A DNA stretch of 64,000 bases from an uncultured Clostridia bacterium (GTDB lineage Bacteria; Bacillota; Clostridia; TANB77; CAG-508): assembly GCA_934180065.1 (NCBI GenBank), contig CAKPRA010000007.1, positions 1,963 to 65,962 of the forward strand. The letters run 5' to 3'. Position 1 is the stretch's first letter; each line of letters opens with the position of its first letter. Below, piece after piece: positions 26,501 through 35,412 of this stretch. The notes below the pieces were generated by a model. It did no database searches. It saw only the letters and a list, made by a program, of their open reading frames with translations, and had not been told where the DNA came from. The position numbers and the translations under genes are program-made.

Positions 26501-29500
26501 AAAAAGTAAATGTTGAAGTAGCAAATATGAAAATTAGCAAAGTAGATGCTGGATTGTATTCAACAATGTATTTAAATAATAGTGGTGAATTATATATAAA
26601 AGGAAATTCATGGAATGGGCAATTTGGAAATGGAGAAGAAGAAAATTATTCATCTCAATTTGTAAAAATAGAGTTTCCAATTTCAAATGTAAAAATCAAA
26701 AAATTTGTACTTGATGAAACGGCTGTTTTAGCTATAGATTCTGAAGGAAGAATATGGACATGGGGAAAAGGAAATGAAGGAAGATTAATTGGTGGTGAAA
26801 ACAGTTATATACCAACATGTGTTACAGAAAATGGAACATTACGTGAAGAATATTATGAAAATGAAACAAGATTTGTAGATATTGAATCATCATATAATAG
26901 AACTATTCTCTTAGATGACAAAGGAAGAGCATGGATTGTTGGATATGATATTGGAAGTATAAAATTAGTTACAGATTTTACGGATAAAAATATAACAATA
27001 AGCAAACTAGCAAAAATAAGAGCTGATGGTAAGAATAGTAATATAGGTGTAATAGATACTTTAGGAAGAGTTTGGATTTGGAGCTTTGATACGGCTGTAA
27101 GTGGTTTATCTAACCTAAAAACTTCAAAAAATATACCAATATGTATTTCTGAAATATCAGAAGAAAATCCAAATGCACCTCTTAGCGATGTAGTAGTAAA
27201 AGATTTATTAATAACTACGGATTTTGCTATGGCAGTTGATTCTAAAGGCGAATTATGGATGTGGGGAAAATCTGATATTATACTAGATAAATTAACTGAT
27301 GGATTAAAACCATACCCAACAAAAGTTGATTCATCATATTTTGGAAATGCAAAGATAAAAGAAATTACTGGTGAGGAAGACATAGCTATAGTAATTGACG
27401 AAAATGGAAAAGTTTGGACTTGGGGAGATAATGAATCTGGAAAATTAGGTAATGGAACAACTGCAGAAAGTAAAATTCCAGTATGTATATCAGATGATAA
27501 AAATGAAAAATTATATGGAATAGAAATGAAAGATATAGAAGTTTCAAGACTTGGACATGTTGTAGGATTAGATACAAATGATAGAATATGGGCTTGGGGA
27601 GGAAATTCTACTTATGGAGAAGCTGGTGAAACAAGTACTGACATAATAACTATTCCTCAAACTATAGACACATTTTATAATGAACATTTTGAATATAATC
27701 TTAAATTTAAAAAAGTTGAAGCTTCATATAGTAATAAATTTGCCATAGATGAAGAAGGCAAAGTTTGGGTTTGGGGTGTAAATAATGGTAATTCTCTTGG
27801 AATAAATAATTTATCAAAAGAAATAAAAAAGCCAACAGTATTAGATATACCAGGAAATCCAAAAATAAAGGAAATTTCAGCAGGACATAACAGTACAATA
27901 ATGGTAAGTGAAGATGGAAGAGTATATGTTGCAGGTAATATATGTTTAGGCAATGGAACTGAACAAATCTATGGTTCGGTAATTACTGAAATAACAAATA
28001 ACTTTAATTTGCCAGCAAATGTGTATATATCAGATGTAGAAGATACTGATCGAGATGTATTTATTGCTATAGATTCAGAAGGAAAAGTATATACTTGGGG
28101 AAAAGATAACTCTTTATTAGGAAGATCTGCATTATCAGACCCATTGACAATAGAATGTATTTCAGATGATGCAAATGAACCATTATATGGTGTTAAAATT
28201 AAAAAAATATCAAATTATGATGATGATTATATTTTAGCAATATCTGAAGATGGAGGTTTGTATATTTGGAGTGAAAATGGAAAACCAACATTACAAAAAT
28301 GTGATGTAAAATTTGTTGATGTAACAGGTTCAAATTTATTAGATGAAAGTGGAAAAGTTTGGGAATATTATAATGGAGTATTAGACTGTAAGAGCAATAA
28401 GCCAGATAATATTTTGTATAAAAAATATCAAACTAATCCAGATTATAGAATAACAAATCTGTATAAGCATTGGTTTAATGGAAGTTATGCTATAGTTAGA
28501 GATACAAATGGAGATTGGTGGAATGGTTCAGGAGGATATTTTGAATCATATGACGTAAAAGTTAAAAATATAATAAGCTTATCTTGCGAAATTTTTATTG
28601 ATAATTATGGACAACTTTGGGAAATGGATAAGGATGATAATAGTTTAAGATGTTTATCAGATGGTATAACAAATGATTTATATAATGTTAAAATAAATAG
28701 AATAATAGCAAATACTCTAGTAGCAGATGAACAAGGAAATTTATGGGACTTTTCTAATGAAGGAAGTCAACCTGAGAAAAAAGGAATTTCACCTATTGAT
28801 TATATGGAAAAAACATTAGGTCTTAAAATTATAGAAAAAAGTGAAAAACTTAATCGTTCAATTGCTTTAGATGATAAAGGAAAAATTTGGTGGGGAAATA
28901 CTGAAAAAGTTGAATGTTTAAGTGATATTGAAAACACAGATTTAGCAAATAAATATAAAGATAATAATTTTAAAATTGTAAAATTATATAGTACATGTGC
29001 AATAGATAATAGCGGAAAAGTTTGGCAATGGGATGATTCAGATAAAAGACCAGAGCCTATGTGTTTAAGTGAAATATCAGAAAATATATCAGACATTGAG
29101 TATTCTTTAGGAACTATTATAGCAAAAGACGTAAATGGAAATGTATGGTTATGGGGAAAAAATTACGGAGGAGTCATCGGAGATGGTTCAACAACAGATG
29201 TAACAACTCCATATAATGTAAATAAAGAAGTATTAAATGGGAAAAAAGTAAAATCAATAATCATAGGCTATAGTGGATTAATAATTTGTGAAGATGGATC
29301 TATCTATGTTTCAGGTGATTCAAATTTGAATGGTCAAACTAAGTGGACATATATGGGAATATGTGAAGGTGCTACTAATGCATTTATAGGTGAATATAAA
29401 ACTTACATAATTACAGGTAAATATAAAACTTGGACATTTGGTACTAACTGTTATCAAACTAGTACAGGAATGTGTGGAACAGGAAATACAACTGATGAGT

Positions 29501-31974
29501 ACATAAAAGTTCCAACATTAATATCAGAAGAATTTACTGTTTCAGAACTTATAATAATGAATGGTAATGGTGTGATTTTGGATACTAATGGAAATGTTTG
29601 GTATTGGAAAGACTCTAGAAAACCAACAAAAGTTTTAAGTAATATAGTTGCGAAAAATTCTGATGATAATTATTCTGATGCTGTTATTGATATTAATGGA
29701 GTAGTTTATTATAACTATAGTAATAACGCTACTAATGGCCAAAAGGATAATTCTGAAGAAATAAAAATGATTTATGGAAATTTAGATAGAGAAAATATTA
29801 TTGAATTTTCAAAAATAAAGAAAGATTCTTTTGATTCAGAGATTAAGTGTATAAATAATAAACTATGGCAAATAAATGTTACAGATGATTATGTAGATTC
29901 TTGTTATTGTTTTAGCGAATCACTAGGTAGTGAAATAAAAGGAAAAGAAATTATAGATTGTGTTGGAAATAAAGCAATAGATTCAGAAGGAAATCTATAT
30001 GTTTGGACAAAATATACGGGATTAAATTATAATTATGGATATCCAAAGAATTTCACACAAACATTATATTATTCAGAAAGTACAATAAAAGCAAATGGTA
30101 CTATTATAAATGTTCCATCTAAAAATGAATTATATGGAATAAAAATTAAACAATTAATTAATGACAAATTTGTAATAGACGAGAATAATGATATTTGGTA
30201 TTTTACCTCTTCTGGTGAACCATTCAATATAAGTAAAGAGCAAAGAGGTAATAATAATCCTTTATATGGAAAGCAATTTGTTAAACCTTGGGCTCATAGT
30301 TCAGACTATATACTAACAACAGATAACCAGATTTGGTATATTGGAGGAAATTATCCTACATATGTAATGGACTTTTATAGTGGAGAATATGATTACTGCT
30401 TAGAAACACCAAAATACTATATACTATTAGATAAACAAGGTAAGATTTGGACATGTGGTGTAGATCAAAATGGTTTATTAGGAAATAACGGATATACAAC
30501 AAATAATGAAATTATTTGCTTGAACGATATAGAAGGTACAGAGCTATATAATGCAAAGATAAAAGATAGTAATTTTAAAATTAAAAAAATACTTTGTGTT
30601 TCAACTAATGTAGTTTATGCATTGGATAATTCAGATAAATTGTGGGTTTGGGGCTCAGGAACCGGTTCTATGACACCTACATGTTTAACTGATAAAGAAG
30701 ATTGTACATTACATGATGCTTATAATAATGAAAAGGTGAAAATTGTTGAATATAATGGAAGTTATTTTATAGATAATACTGGTGAATTATGGAGTAAAGA
30801 TTCTAAAGACATATTAAACTGGGAACGTTATAGCGAATATCTATTAAAAAATGAAGAAATTGATGAAGACATAGGTTCTATAACAAAGACTGGATATGGT
30901 TTTATTTTGACAAAAGAAGGAAAAGTATATATAAAAGATTGGTCAACAGAAAAATATGATATAGCTTATAAAACAGATAGTAATAGTATTATGGAGAAAA
31001 TTAATTCAATAGAAAGAATATATACTATGAATACTACAAATACTAAAACTTCTATAACTTATTATGCATTAGGAAATCATGACATTTATTTTATAACAAC
31101 AAGTTTTGAAAGACAGTATGACTCAACTACAAAACAATATAAATATACAAATTATAATATTAATATTAAGCAAATGTATTCAAACCAAGAAAGTATAATA
31201 AAGAATAGTTTGGAACTTTCAGGTGGTTATGCACTAGTTTTATATAATGATGGAAAATTATATAAGTTATCAGCATCAAATAGCAATTGTCAAGAGTTAA
31301 CAAGTATTACAGATTCACCTATCTACGGAAAACAGATAAAAGATATTGAAAAAATTGGTAGTACAACATTTATAACAGATAGTGATGGAGTAATTTATGT
31401 AATGAACCTTACTGACATAAGCAATAATGCTAATCCACATATATATACAGAAGGTGATTATATAGTTGAAGCTTTATATGGAGAAGTTACAAACGAAACA
31501 AGAAGAAAAGTAATTGATAAGATGAAAATTAATTCAAGCTTATTTGTTGAAAATGGAAAAGCTTATTTAGACCAAAATGGAGTATGTAAAGAGCATATTT
31601 GTATGAATGAATTCTTGAATGGAATTGGTAGAACTGATAGTGTTGTTGGAGAAGATGAAATAAAGACTAAAGACGGAAAAATTTATAAGATATCTCCAAC
31701 ACAAGATGGAAAATATACTATTGCAGAAGTTGAAACTACAACTGAATTTTCAACTGCAAATCCTGATGAAACTATTACAATTGATGGTGTAAATATAGTT
31801 AAACAAACAAAACACAAAGCTTTAGATGATAAAGGCAACTTGTATGTTTGGGATTCATATACAGGACTTCAGAAAAAAATCAATGAAGTTACATGTTTAA
31901 CGAAAGAGGAATATAGCATAGATCCAATTTATTTACATGGTAATGGTTGGTCAATTATAACAGCTTCTAAGTAA
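20512..31974 (+). CDS. Giant (3,820 aa) secreted protein: signal peptide, ~980-aa unassigned beta-rich N-region, Cna-B/SpaA-like stalk, then ~1,800 aa of RCC1-type beta-propeller blades; no C-terminal anchor
   Basis: RBS TGGGGG precedes ATG 20512 (MNISKGIIKKIFAIVLLLAIIIQYFPIAVLA). Stalk units of type GTIKVQKKF...GIEFKL...NSSGIAIFENIP..EYYLYETTEF. Blades of type GELYIKGNSWNGQFGNG, GRIWTWGKGNEGRLIGG, GKVWTWGDNESGKLGNGTT, GNVWLWGKNYGGVIGDGSTT. Ends ...HGNGWSIITASK with no TM or LPXTG. Confidence 0.85.
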   Translation: MNISKGIIKKIFAIVLLLAIIIQYFPIAVLADNTEKDDFSDKINFSVKWKSGKEIETGNAGLEYIIVFNGVQTGFRNVKVFMETNKVDNIIDSISCVKSTTGTGWAQVNYGSKETGTSISGDAFVKFGNPTEIMDRNVKIKLTGEYTDPETNDVINFDINKELKAVITPATIMSDFSAYLNWQKYNRNGMVRDFTPYLFSNTITIKNGWYDKSVSAVYPIYISALTYTQKFDLKITINRYKNEDNSKISQISDGYTINWDGLDDVLGEPTKIDNSDGSISYVFSKGQDSDVFDKANTFTVESKLIDEKENRSGFNVVIKYNTPRTNPIEESTPESNFNCSFSAEMEAIGFNVKKEYGKEEVVTKKTEKKSLYNTKSKSLNGYTSGQHSWKKWEYTSLKAEGESEITDTVVENLKKNRTIKLYTQLSKISEGVGENDYQEGFIKIKAPTLYYQSDNGEMKSITLSGTQMRADKITATSFGTNYYVNGDKKVEFSGTYTPDEGENENVFSIQMNDYLNRSFYSYGIEYTLDIDKVGLTDTEIDNISGIEFDMDTSGEWLYGGKSEYLERKIAKKENKLSYMSFYTQLKSSADDLNISIPTTETINMFKPETVGDTDSTHNFVVNENPVFYIELPSMFEYENFKIRSSKKETISIDEENVEIIKKDGVKYLVIPCKGTYNSDIDNKIFITIKFNRKLINPSNGDYSISAYMLTDNENYYQKGVPNVYEFSKTENAPSKIFKNEIKFSILGYSELKANTKIEVNNKTYIPNMDNSSGQKNNPVISDFSKDSIIVKSEISAVGDDLTNVEILSRLPFSNNTFIENKDTQLIETDYNKNGELSDFIDKHNGKLKGITKNTAIPQLTLSNVKILGVYGKNLEDQNKEYVIDKKNYQIYYTTEEKADFDSTSFVKYEEGVSDLSKAKNIKIVFKNENNVNYNIKSNHSVYLKYEITMPDEQGMAGSVCSVRYDRAKTSNTETLHSKAGYIINGETTGTIKVQKKFENYKVGVAPTGLSLEGIEFKLQYYDESTSEKKFLQDVNGNDIVAKTNSSGIAIFENIPQNEYYLYETTEFDNYSGIGKMNLITVNPAETIEYTATNILKKGSITVTKNWENSKEQPGSASFQLIRVNGAGETYTFIPKTVTTNENGEAVFYDIPYGNYIVKEVSCADGWTPSGGESKTVSLNSSTATVNFVNVRSRAVLQIVKTVPTGETVDGLTFHIVGRGKVSYTDKNGNIVTSDSEYTIKIGENYPNNVRVTKSEDGSTATITIAGVYLGYYSIEEIDIPTIEGTNIKKYSPVSANVLLEKNDLANPVIVNLSNRYKMGYLKINKTAKLKEGGKYTDIGDLTGFQVRITGKSYYGHDVDDLITLDENGYGIGKYEIGEYTITEVPKEGYTAYYGLDNTASTTPPKVTIEQNKTITQNLYNEHTGVGYVRVEKSLEGVTDPQIVIKAGIKFKISGQNVAGGRVNETILIDKIDEQNKVAYGISGPISSGGEYEISEEESTIPEFYEGIDTEKIEISTSNTVESPLIKKMVNTRTKGNLEIVTTTDPEGGNLKGISYKVTEVELGENGTYKVIGTTVNVEGSNNDIDASFAKLENINAGYYLVEQDKIPSGWIKDVKQIVEVPSYNTGYANFEITERKKLNANKVTINKVLLNENGEQASEEDIKKANLDKDEIFEVKLTNTKTQEIYYVFTSVNNPGVIQGLDAGTYSIEEVFKPKYLPEGYYKNIEVKGQIPEQGTQNVEEKIEQNEGKYLFTITENGNITEDVNLIIKNKIDTAYGFGGQTNRSNLSKIDTVEEPSNYVTKAVIWVVDENGDAISGVKFNLLTAQGNIVSLNGKTEFEIANKKLIIKGLPVGTYTLKCISVPDGYVKPDNEQIVVYSDATQVARVEVQKNIPRGSLSLSTTYKDLEGNSKFVSRSKYKVVDTKTGELVKFVRTATGDYKKSNLEAASPVIVLKSGVVNVDGIETGDYEVGIVDVTKGYGIQKTEVEKVNVEENVDKKVNVEVANMKISKVDAGLYSTMYLNNSGELYIKGNSWNGQFGNGEEENYSSQFVKIEFPISNVKIKKFVLDETAVLAIDSEGRIWTWGKGNEGRLIGGENSYIPTCVTENGTLREEYYENETRFVDIESSYNRTILLDDKGRAWIVGYDIGSIKLVTDFTDKNITISKLAKIRADGKNSNIGVIDTLGRVWIWSFDTAVSGLSNLKTSKNIPICISEISEENPNAPLSDVVVKDLLITTDFAMAVDSKGELWMWGKSDIILDKLTDGLKPYPTKVDSSYFGNAKIKEITGEEDIAIVIDENGKVWTWGDNESGKLGNGTTAESKIPVCISDDKNEKLYGIEMKDIEVSRLGHVVGLDTNDRIWAWGGNSTYGEAGETSTDIITIPQTIDTFYNEHFEYNLKFKKVEASYSNKFAIDEEGKVWVWGVNNGNSLGINNLSKEIKKPTVLDIPGNPKIKEISAGHNSTIMVSEDGRVYVAGNICLGNGTEQIYGSVITEITNNFNLPANVYISDVEDTDRDVFIAIDSEGKVYTWGKDNSLLGRSALSDPLTIECISDDANEPLYGVKIKKISNYDDDYILAISEDGGLYIWSENGKPTLQKCDVKFVDVTGSNLLDESGKVWEYYNGVLDCKSNKPDNILYKKYQTNPDYRITNLYKHWFNGSYAIVRDTNGDWWNGSGGYFESYDVKVKNIISLSCEIFIDNYGQLWEMDKDDNSLRCLSDGITNDLYNVKINRIIANTLVADEQGNLWDFSNEGSQPEKKGISPIDYMEKTLGLKIIEKSEKLNRSIALDDKGKIWWGNTEKVECLSDIENTDLANKYKDNNFKIVKLYSTCAIDNSGKVWQWDDSDKRPEPMCLSEISENISDIEYSLGTIIAKDVNGNVWLWGKNYGGVIGDGSTTDVTTPYNVNKEVLNGKKVKSIIIGYSGLIICEDGSIYVSGDSNLNGQTKWTYMGICEGATNAFIGEYKTYIITGKYKTWTFGTNCYQTSTGMCGTGNTTDEYIKVPTLISEEFTVSELIIMNGNGVILDTNGNVWYWKDSRKPTKVLSNIVAKNSDDNYSDAVIDINGVVYYNYSNNATNGQKDNSEEIKMIYGNLDRENIIEFSKIKKDSFDSEIKCINNKLWQINVTDDYVDSCYCFSESLGSEIKGKEIIDCVGNKAIDSEGNLYVWTKYTGLNYNYGYPKNFTQTLYYSESTIKANGTIINVPSKNELYGIKIKQLINDKFVIDENNDIWYFTSSGEPFNISKEQRGNNNPLYGKQFVKPWAHSSDYILTTDNQIWYIGGNYPTYVMDFYSGEYDYCLETPKYYILLDKQGKIWTCGVDQNGLLGNNGYTTNNEIICLNDIEGTELYNAKIKDSNFKIKKILCVSTNVVYALDNSDKLWVWGSGTGSMTPTCLTDKEDCTLHDAYNNEKVKIVEYNGSYFIDNTGELWSKDSKDILNWERYSEYLLKNEEIDEDIGSITKTGYGFILTKEGKVYIKDWSTEKYDIAYKTDSNSIMEKINSIERIYTMNTTNTKTSITYYALGNHDIYFITTSFERQYDSTTKQYKYTNYNINIKQMYSNQESIIKNSLELSGGYALVLYNDGKLYKLSASNSNCQELTSITDSPIYGKQIKDIEKIGSTTFITDSDGVIYVMNLTDISNNANPHIYTEGDYIVEALYGEVTNETRRKVIDKMKINSSLFVENGKAYLDQNGVCKEHICMNEFLNGIGRTDSVVGEDEIKTKDGKIYKISPTQDGKYTIAEVETTTEFSTANPDETITIDGVNIVKQTKHKALDDKGNLYVWDSYTGLQKKINEVTCLTKEEYSIDPIYLHGNGWSIITASK
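23476..26520 (+). repeat. Array of Cna-B/SpaA (prealbumin-fold)-like stalk domains
   Basis: About 10 units of ~90-110 aa with the G.(I/L).(I/V).K....G..L.G..F.(L/I)....G......T...G......(L/I).(P/A)G.Y...E...P.GY pattern. Confidence 0.65.
26521..31971 (+). repeat. RCC1-like repeat region (canonical blades up to ~nt 29,300, progressively degenerate W-rich blades to the C-terminus)
   Basis: Recurrent G(K/R/N)(V/I/L)(W/Y).WG...GQLG-like motifs at ~50-60-aa spacing. At least ten canonical G..G.G signatures, plus many G.(V/L/I)W.(W/F/Y) remnants. Confidence 0.7.
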
Positions 31975-31993
31975 CTTAATAAAATTAAATAAA

Positions 31994-32023
31994 TGTATGA
32001 GATTACATTTGTAATCTCATACA
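31994..32023. other. Perfect 14-bp palindrome between the RCC1 gene and the TED adhesin gene (no downstream U-tract)
   Basis: TGTATGAGATTACA-TT-TGTAATCTCATACA, followed by GTAATAAAAAAA. Confidence 0.8.
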
Positions 32024-32082
32024 GTAATAAAAAAATGTCTTAGGAGCATTAATAATTTAAAATGCTTCAGAAAGGAGAAAAA

Positions 32083-35077
32083 ATGAAAATAAAAAAGATA
32101 GTATTAATTACTATAATAACTAGCTTAATTATAAGCTTATGCATTGGAATAAGTAGTACAGTCACAAATAAATTAACAATTCATGAAGATAAGCGGCTTT
32201 TTTGATATGGATTATGGAGGCAATTATATTAGAGCTGTAGAAACATCTGAAAATAGTAATATATATAAAATATACCCACGAAGTGCTAGCGATGATATAG
32301 CTGGAAGTACAAATCATAAAAATGCCGGTTGGTGTTTATACCATGGTGGTACATTAAATGGATATTTATCTTCTGCAACACCTTGGACAGAAATTGATAC
32401 AGGATATAATGACGCAAAAGGTTATTCAAATATACCAGATTATTTATTATATAATTTGGTAAGAGCATATGAAAGTGAATATGATACTGGAACTTTAATT
32501 AGTAATGATGAAATTGAGTTTTTCAAAAAAAGATTAGGTGTAGAAGATGTTGCTGACTTAAATAAAATATTTGAGGCAGAGCAAAAAGTAATTTGGGAAT
32601 ATACTAACCCAGGTGAAAGCTATAATGATGAAATTGTTCAAAAAATAAAAAATGCAGTTTCTGCAAATCAAAATTATAGTATTGACAAAGAAAATAGTAT
32701 AAAGGTTACAAAGAAAGATGAAAGCAAAAATAGTGCACAAGATAATACATTTGGATTATTCAATGTAAAAAATGATGCAGGAGTATATGTTGAGTTTGAA
32801 GTTAAAATATCAACAGATGGTAAAACTTTTAAAGATGTATCTGAATATACAGCTCATAAACCTGATGGTACAGTAATCTCAGATTTAAGTACATATAATG
32901 GTGATTTTTATATACAAACTTCTGACGCAAAAAATCAAACTGCAACACTAAAAGTTATTATAAATCATTATATAACAACAGCAAAATATGTAACAACAAA
33001 AGGACAAGAAACAACAGTATCGCATCAACCAATATTATATTTGGATAGAGCAACAGCAGAAACTTCAGCAGAAAATAAAATTGAAAAATTAAGTGGAAGC
33101 TTCAAATTAGATGTTGTTAAATATGTAAAAGGAACAACAACAAAATTAAAAGATGCAGGATTCACAATAGTAATAAATGATGGAACAAAAGATATTTATA
33201 AAAGTTCAAAAGATGAATATACAAATGATAGTGGAATATTGGAAATAAATAATCTACCAATAGAAAAAGAAAATCTAACATATAAAATAACAATAACAGA
33301 AACTGTAGAGCCAAAAGGTTATATAGGATTAAGTGGTCCAATAACATTTACAGCAAAATCAAAATTAAAAGATAATAAAAAAGGATATGAATTAGTAGCA
33401 GCAAAACCAACAGTAGCAAATGCAAAAAAAGTTGAAGTAAAAGCAAATGAAATATTGGTAGAAACAGAAAATACAAAAACAAGAATAGATATACACAAAG
33501 GTGTAAAAACTGTGAAAAACCAAGATTCAGGATATTACTATGATGAAAAAACAGGAAAAGAATATACAGAAGAGGAACTAGAAAAATTAGAGCACAAATG
33601 GGTAGTAGAAACAACAATACCACAAGAAGTAGAAGACTATACAAAATATATAGTAAATGATCCAATAGATGTAAATAAATTGGAATTTTCAGGACTAGAA
33701 AAAGTGTTAGTACAAACAATAGATAAAAGTGGAAAAGTTGTGGAAACATTAACAAAAGATAAAGATTATAAAGCAGAATATAAAAATGGTTCATTAAGTA
33801 TTACATATATAAATGGTAATTTTAAGGGAGAATTCATAAAGAAGACAGGAATACAAAACTTAAAAGTTAGGGTAACATTTAATACAACATTTAAAGTAAA
33901 TGAGAATGGAAAATTAGCGGTATTAGATGGAGTAGTAACAAATGCGCAAAACAGAGCAAAATTAACATATAATATTGGATCTGGAAATGACATTACTAAA
34001 TCTTCTGAAAATCCAGAAGTACATACAGGAGCAGTATCAGTATTTAAATATGAAGATACAAATGGAAATGGAAAACATGATGAAGGCGAAAAAGCCCTAG
34101 TAGGAGCTGAATTTAAGATAGCATTAACAGAAGAAGATGCTAAAGCTGGAAATTTCGTAAAAATTGGAGGAAAAGAGCTAACAGCAGTATCAAATGAAGA
34201 TGGAATAGCAACATTTACGGGATTGTCATTTGGAGGAGATGCTAAAGATGATGAAGCAAATCTAAAGAATGGATTGTATAGATATGACTGGGAAACAGCT
34301 TCAAGAGATTACTATATAGTAGAAACAGTTACACCAGCTGGATATGAAAAATTAACAGACACAGTAAAAGTAACTGTAAGTAAGAATTCATCAGAAATAA
34401 TAGATTTAACTGAAAAGATAAACGAAATGGAATCAGTAGGAAATAGACCATTGACATTTGATTTAGCCTTACGCAAATGGGTAACACAAGCGATAGTAAT
34501 AGAAGATGGAAAAACAGTAGTAACAGAAACAGGACATAAAGCAGAAGATAATCCAGAGGCAGTGGTAAAAGTTGATTTAAAGAAGAAAAAATTAAATGAT
34601 GTAGTAGTAAAATTCAAATATTCAATCAGAATAACAAATGAGGGAGAAGTAGATGGAGAAGCTCAGGAGATATCTGATTATATACCAAAGGGATTAAAAT
34701 TTGTAAAAGAAGATAACCCAGATTGGGAAGAAGTAGATGGAAAAGTAGTAACAGAAAAGTTAAAAGGAGTAACATTGAAGCATGGAGAAAGTGCAGAAGT
34801 GGAAATAATTTTAACATGGATAAACAGTGAAGAGAATATGGGTGTTATGACAAATACAGCAGAAATAAGCAAAGATTATAATGAGTATGGATATCATGAC
34901 ATAGACTCAACACCAAATAATTATAAAGCAGGAGAAGATGATATAGATGATGCACCAGTGATGTTAACAGTAAAAACTGGATCAGAAGTAGTAACATATG
35001 TAGGAATAGCAGTAGGAGTAATAGCAATAATCAGTTTAGGTGTATGTCTAATAAAGAAATCATTTAGAGAAATTTAA
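32083..35077 (+). pseudogene. Thioester-domain (TED) adhesin, ~1,000 aa if repaired; reading frame broken 40 codons in, at or near a T6 tract (32198-32203). Either a frameshifted pseudogene, a phase-variable gene or a sequencing error
   Basis: RBS AAAGGAGAA + ATG 32083 encodes signal peptide MKIKKIVLITIITSLIISLCIGISS...HEDKRLF, then TGA at 32203-32205. The long ORF (32183-35077 in the track) is in the +1 frame, open from 32177, with no RBS or signal peptide of its own. Removing one T gives ...EDKRLFDMDYGGNYIRA.... The body carries TED motifs AGWCLYHGG and AEQKVIWEYTN, a Cna-B domain, a pilin-like domain, a DUF11 module and VMLTVKTG + TM + KKSFREI. Confidence 0.75.
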
Positions 35078-35123
35078 AATTTAGGAATAAAGCGAAAATC
35101 TAGTTAGCTTATATTTTGATTTA

Positions 35124-35224
35124 TTTTTATATAATGGCAAAGTTTTATATATGAGTAGAATTTTATCTATAAGTAATGTTAAAAACTATATACTATATTA
35201 AAATAGATATTTCCTATTATATAA
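35124..35224. repeat. Module A copy 2
   Basis: TTTTTATATAATGGCAAAG...ATATTTCCTATTATATAAG, about 85% identical to 17901-18007. Confidence 0.8.
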
Positions 35225-35310
35225 GAGCCAGTAGTAGTTATATCCGTAATTAAAGAAGTTAGTAATATATTTTAGAATTTGATGTTACAATAAAAAAAAC
35301 AAAAAAAGAC

Positions 35311-35339
35311 TTTACATAATTTACAAAAAGTGTTATAAT
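35311..35339 (+). promoter_or_regulatory. Sigma-A promoter TTTACA-17-TATAAT (paralogous to 18639-18667)
   Basis: TTTACA 35311-35316, TATAAT 35334-35339. Confidence 0.75.
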
Positions 35340-35345
35340 GTCATC

Positions 35346-35363
35346 AAGGTGCAAATTGCACTG
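35346..35363 (+). promoter_or_regulatory. Conserved 5'-leader hairpin (AGGTGC-AAATT-GCACT)
   Basis: Paralog of 18674-18691. Confidence 0.6.
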
Positions 35364-35412
35364 TGTACGAAAATCCAAATACATATCTTAACTTTTTAAG
35401 GAGGAATCAGTA

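Noticed and set aside
32183-32185. ATG 32183 as the genuine start of the 964-aa adhesin
   Set aside because: It has no RBS and no signal peptide, although the protein has a C-terminal sorting-type signal. A proper RBS, start codon and signal peptide lie 100 nt upstream in another frame.
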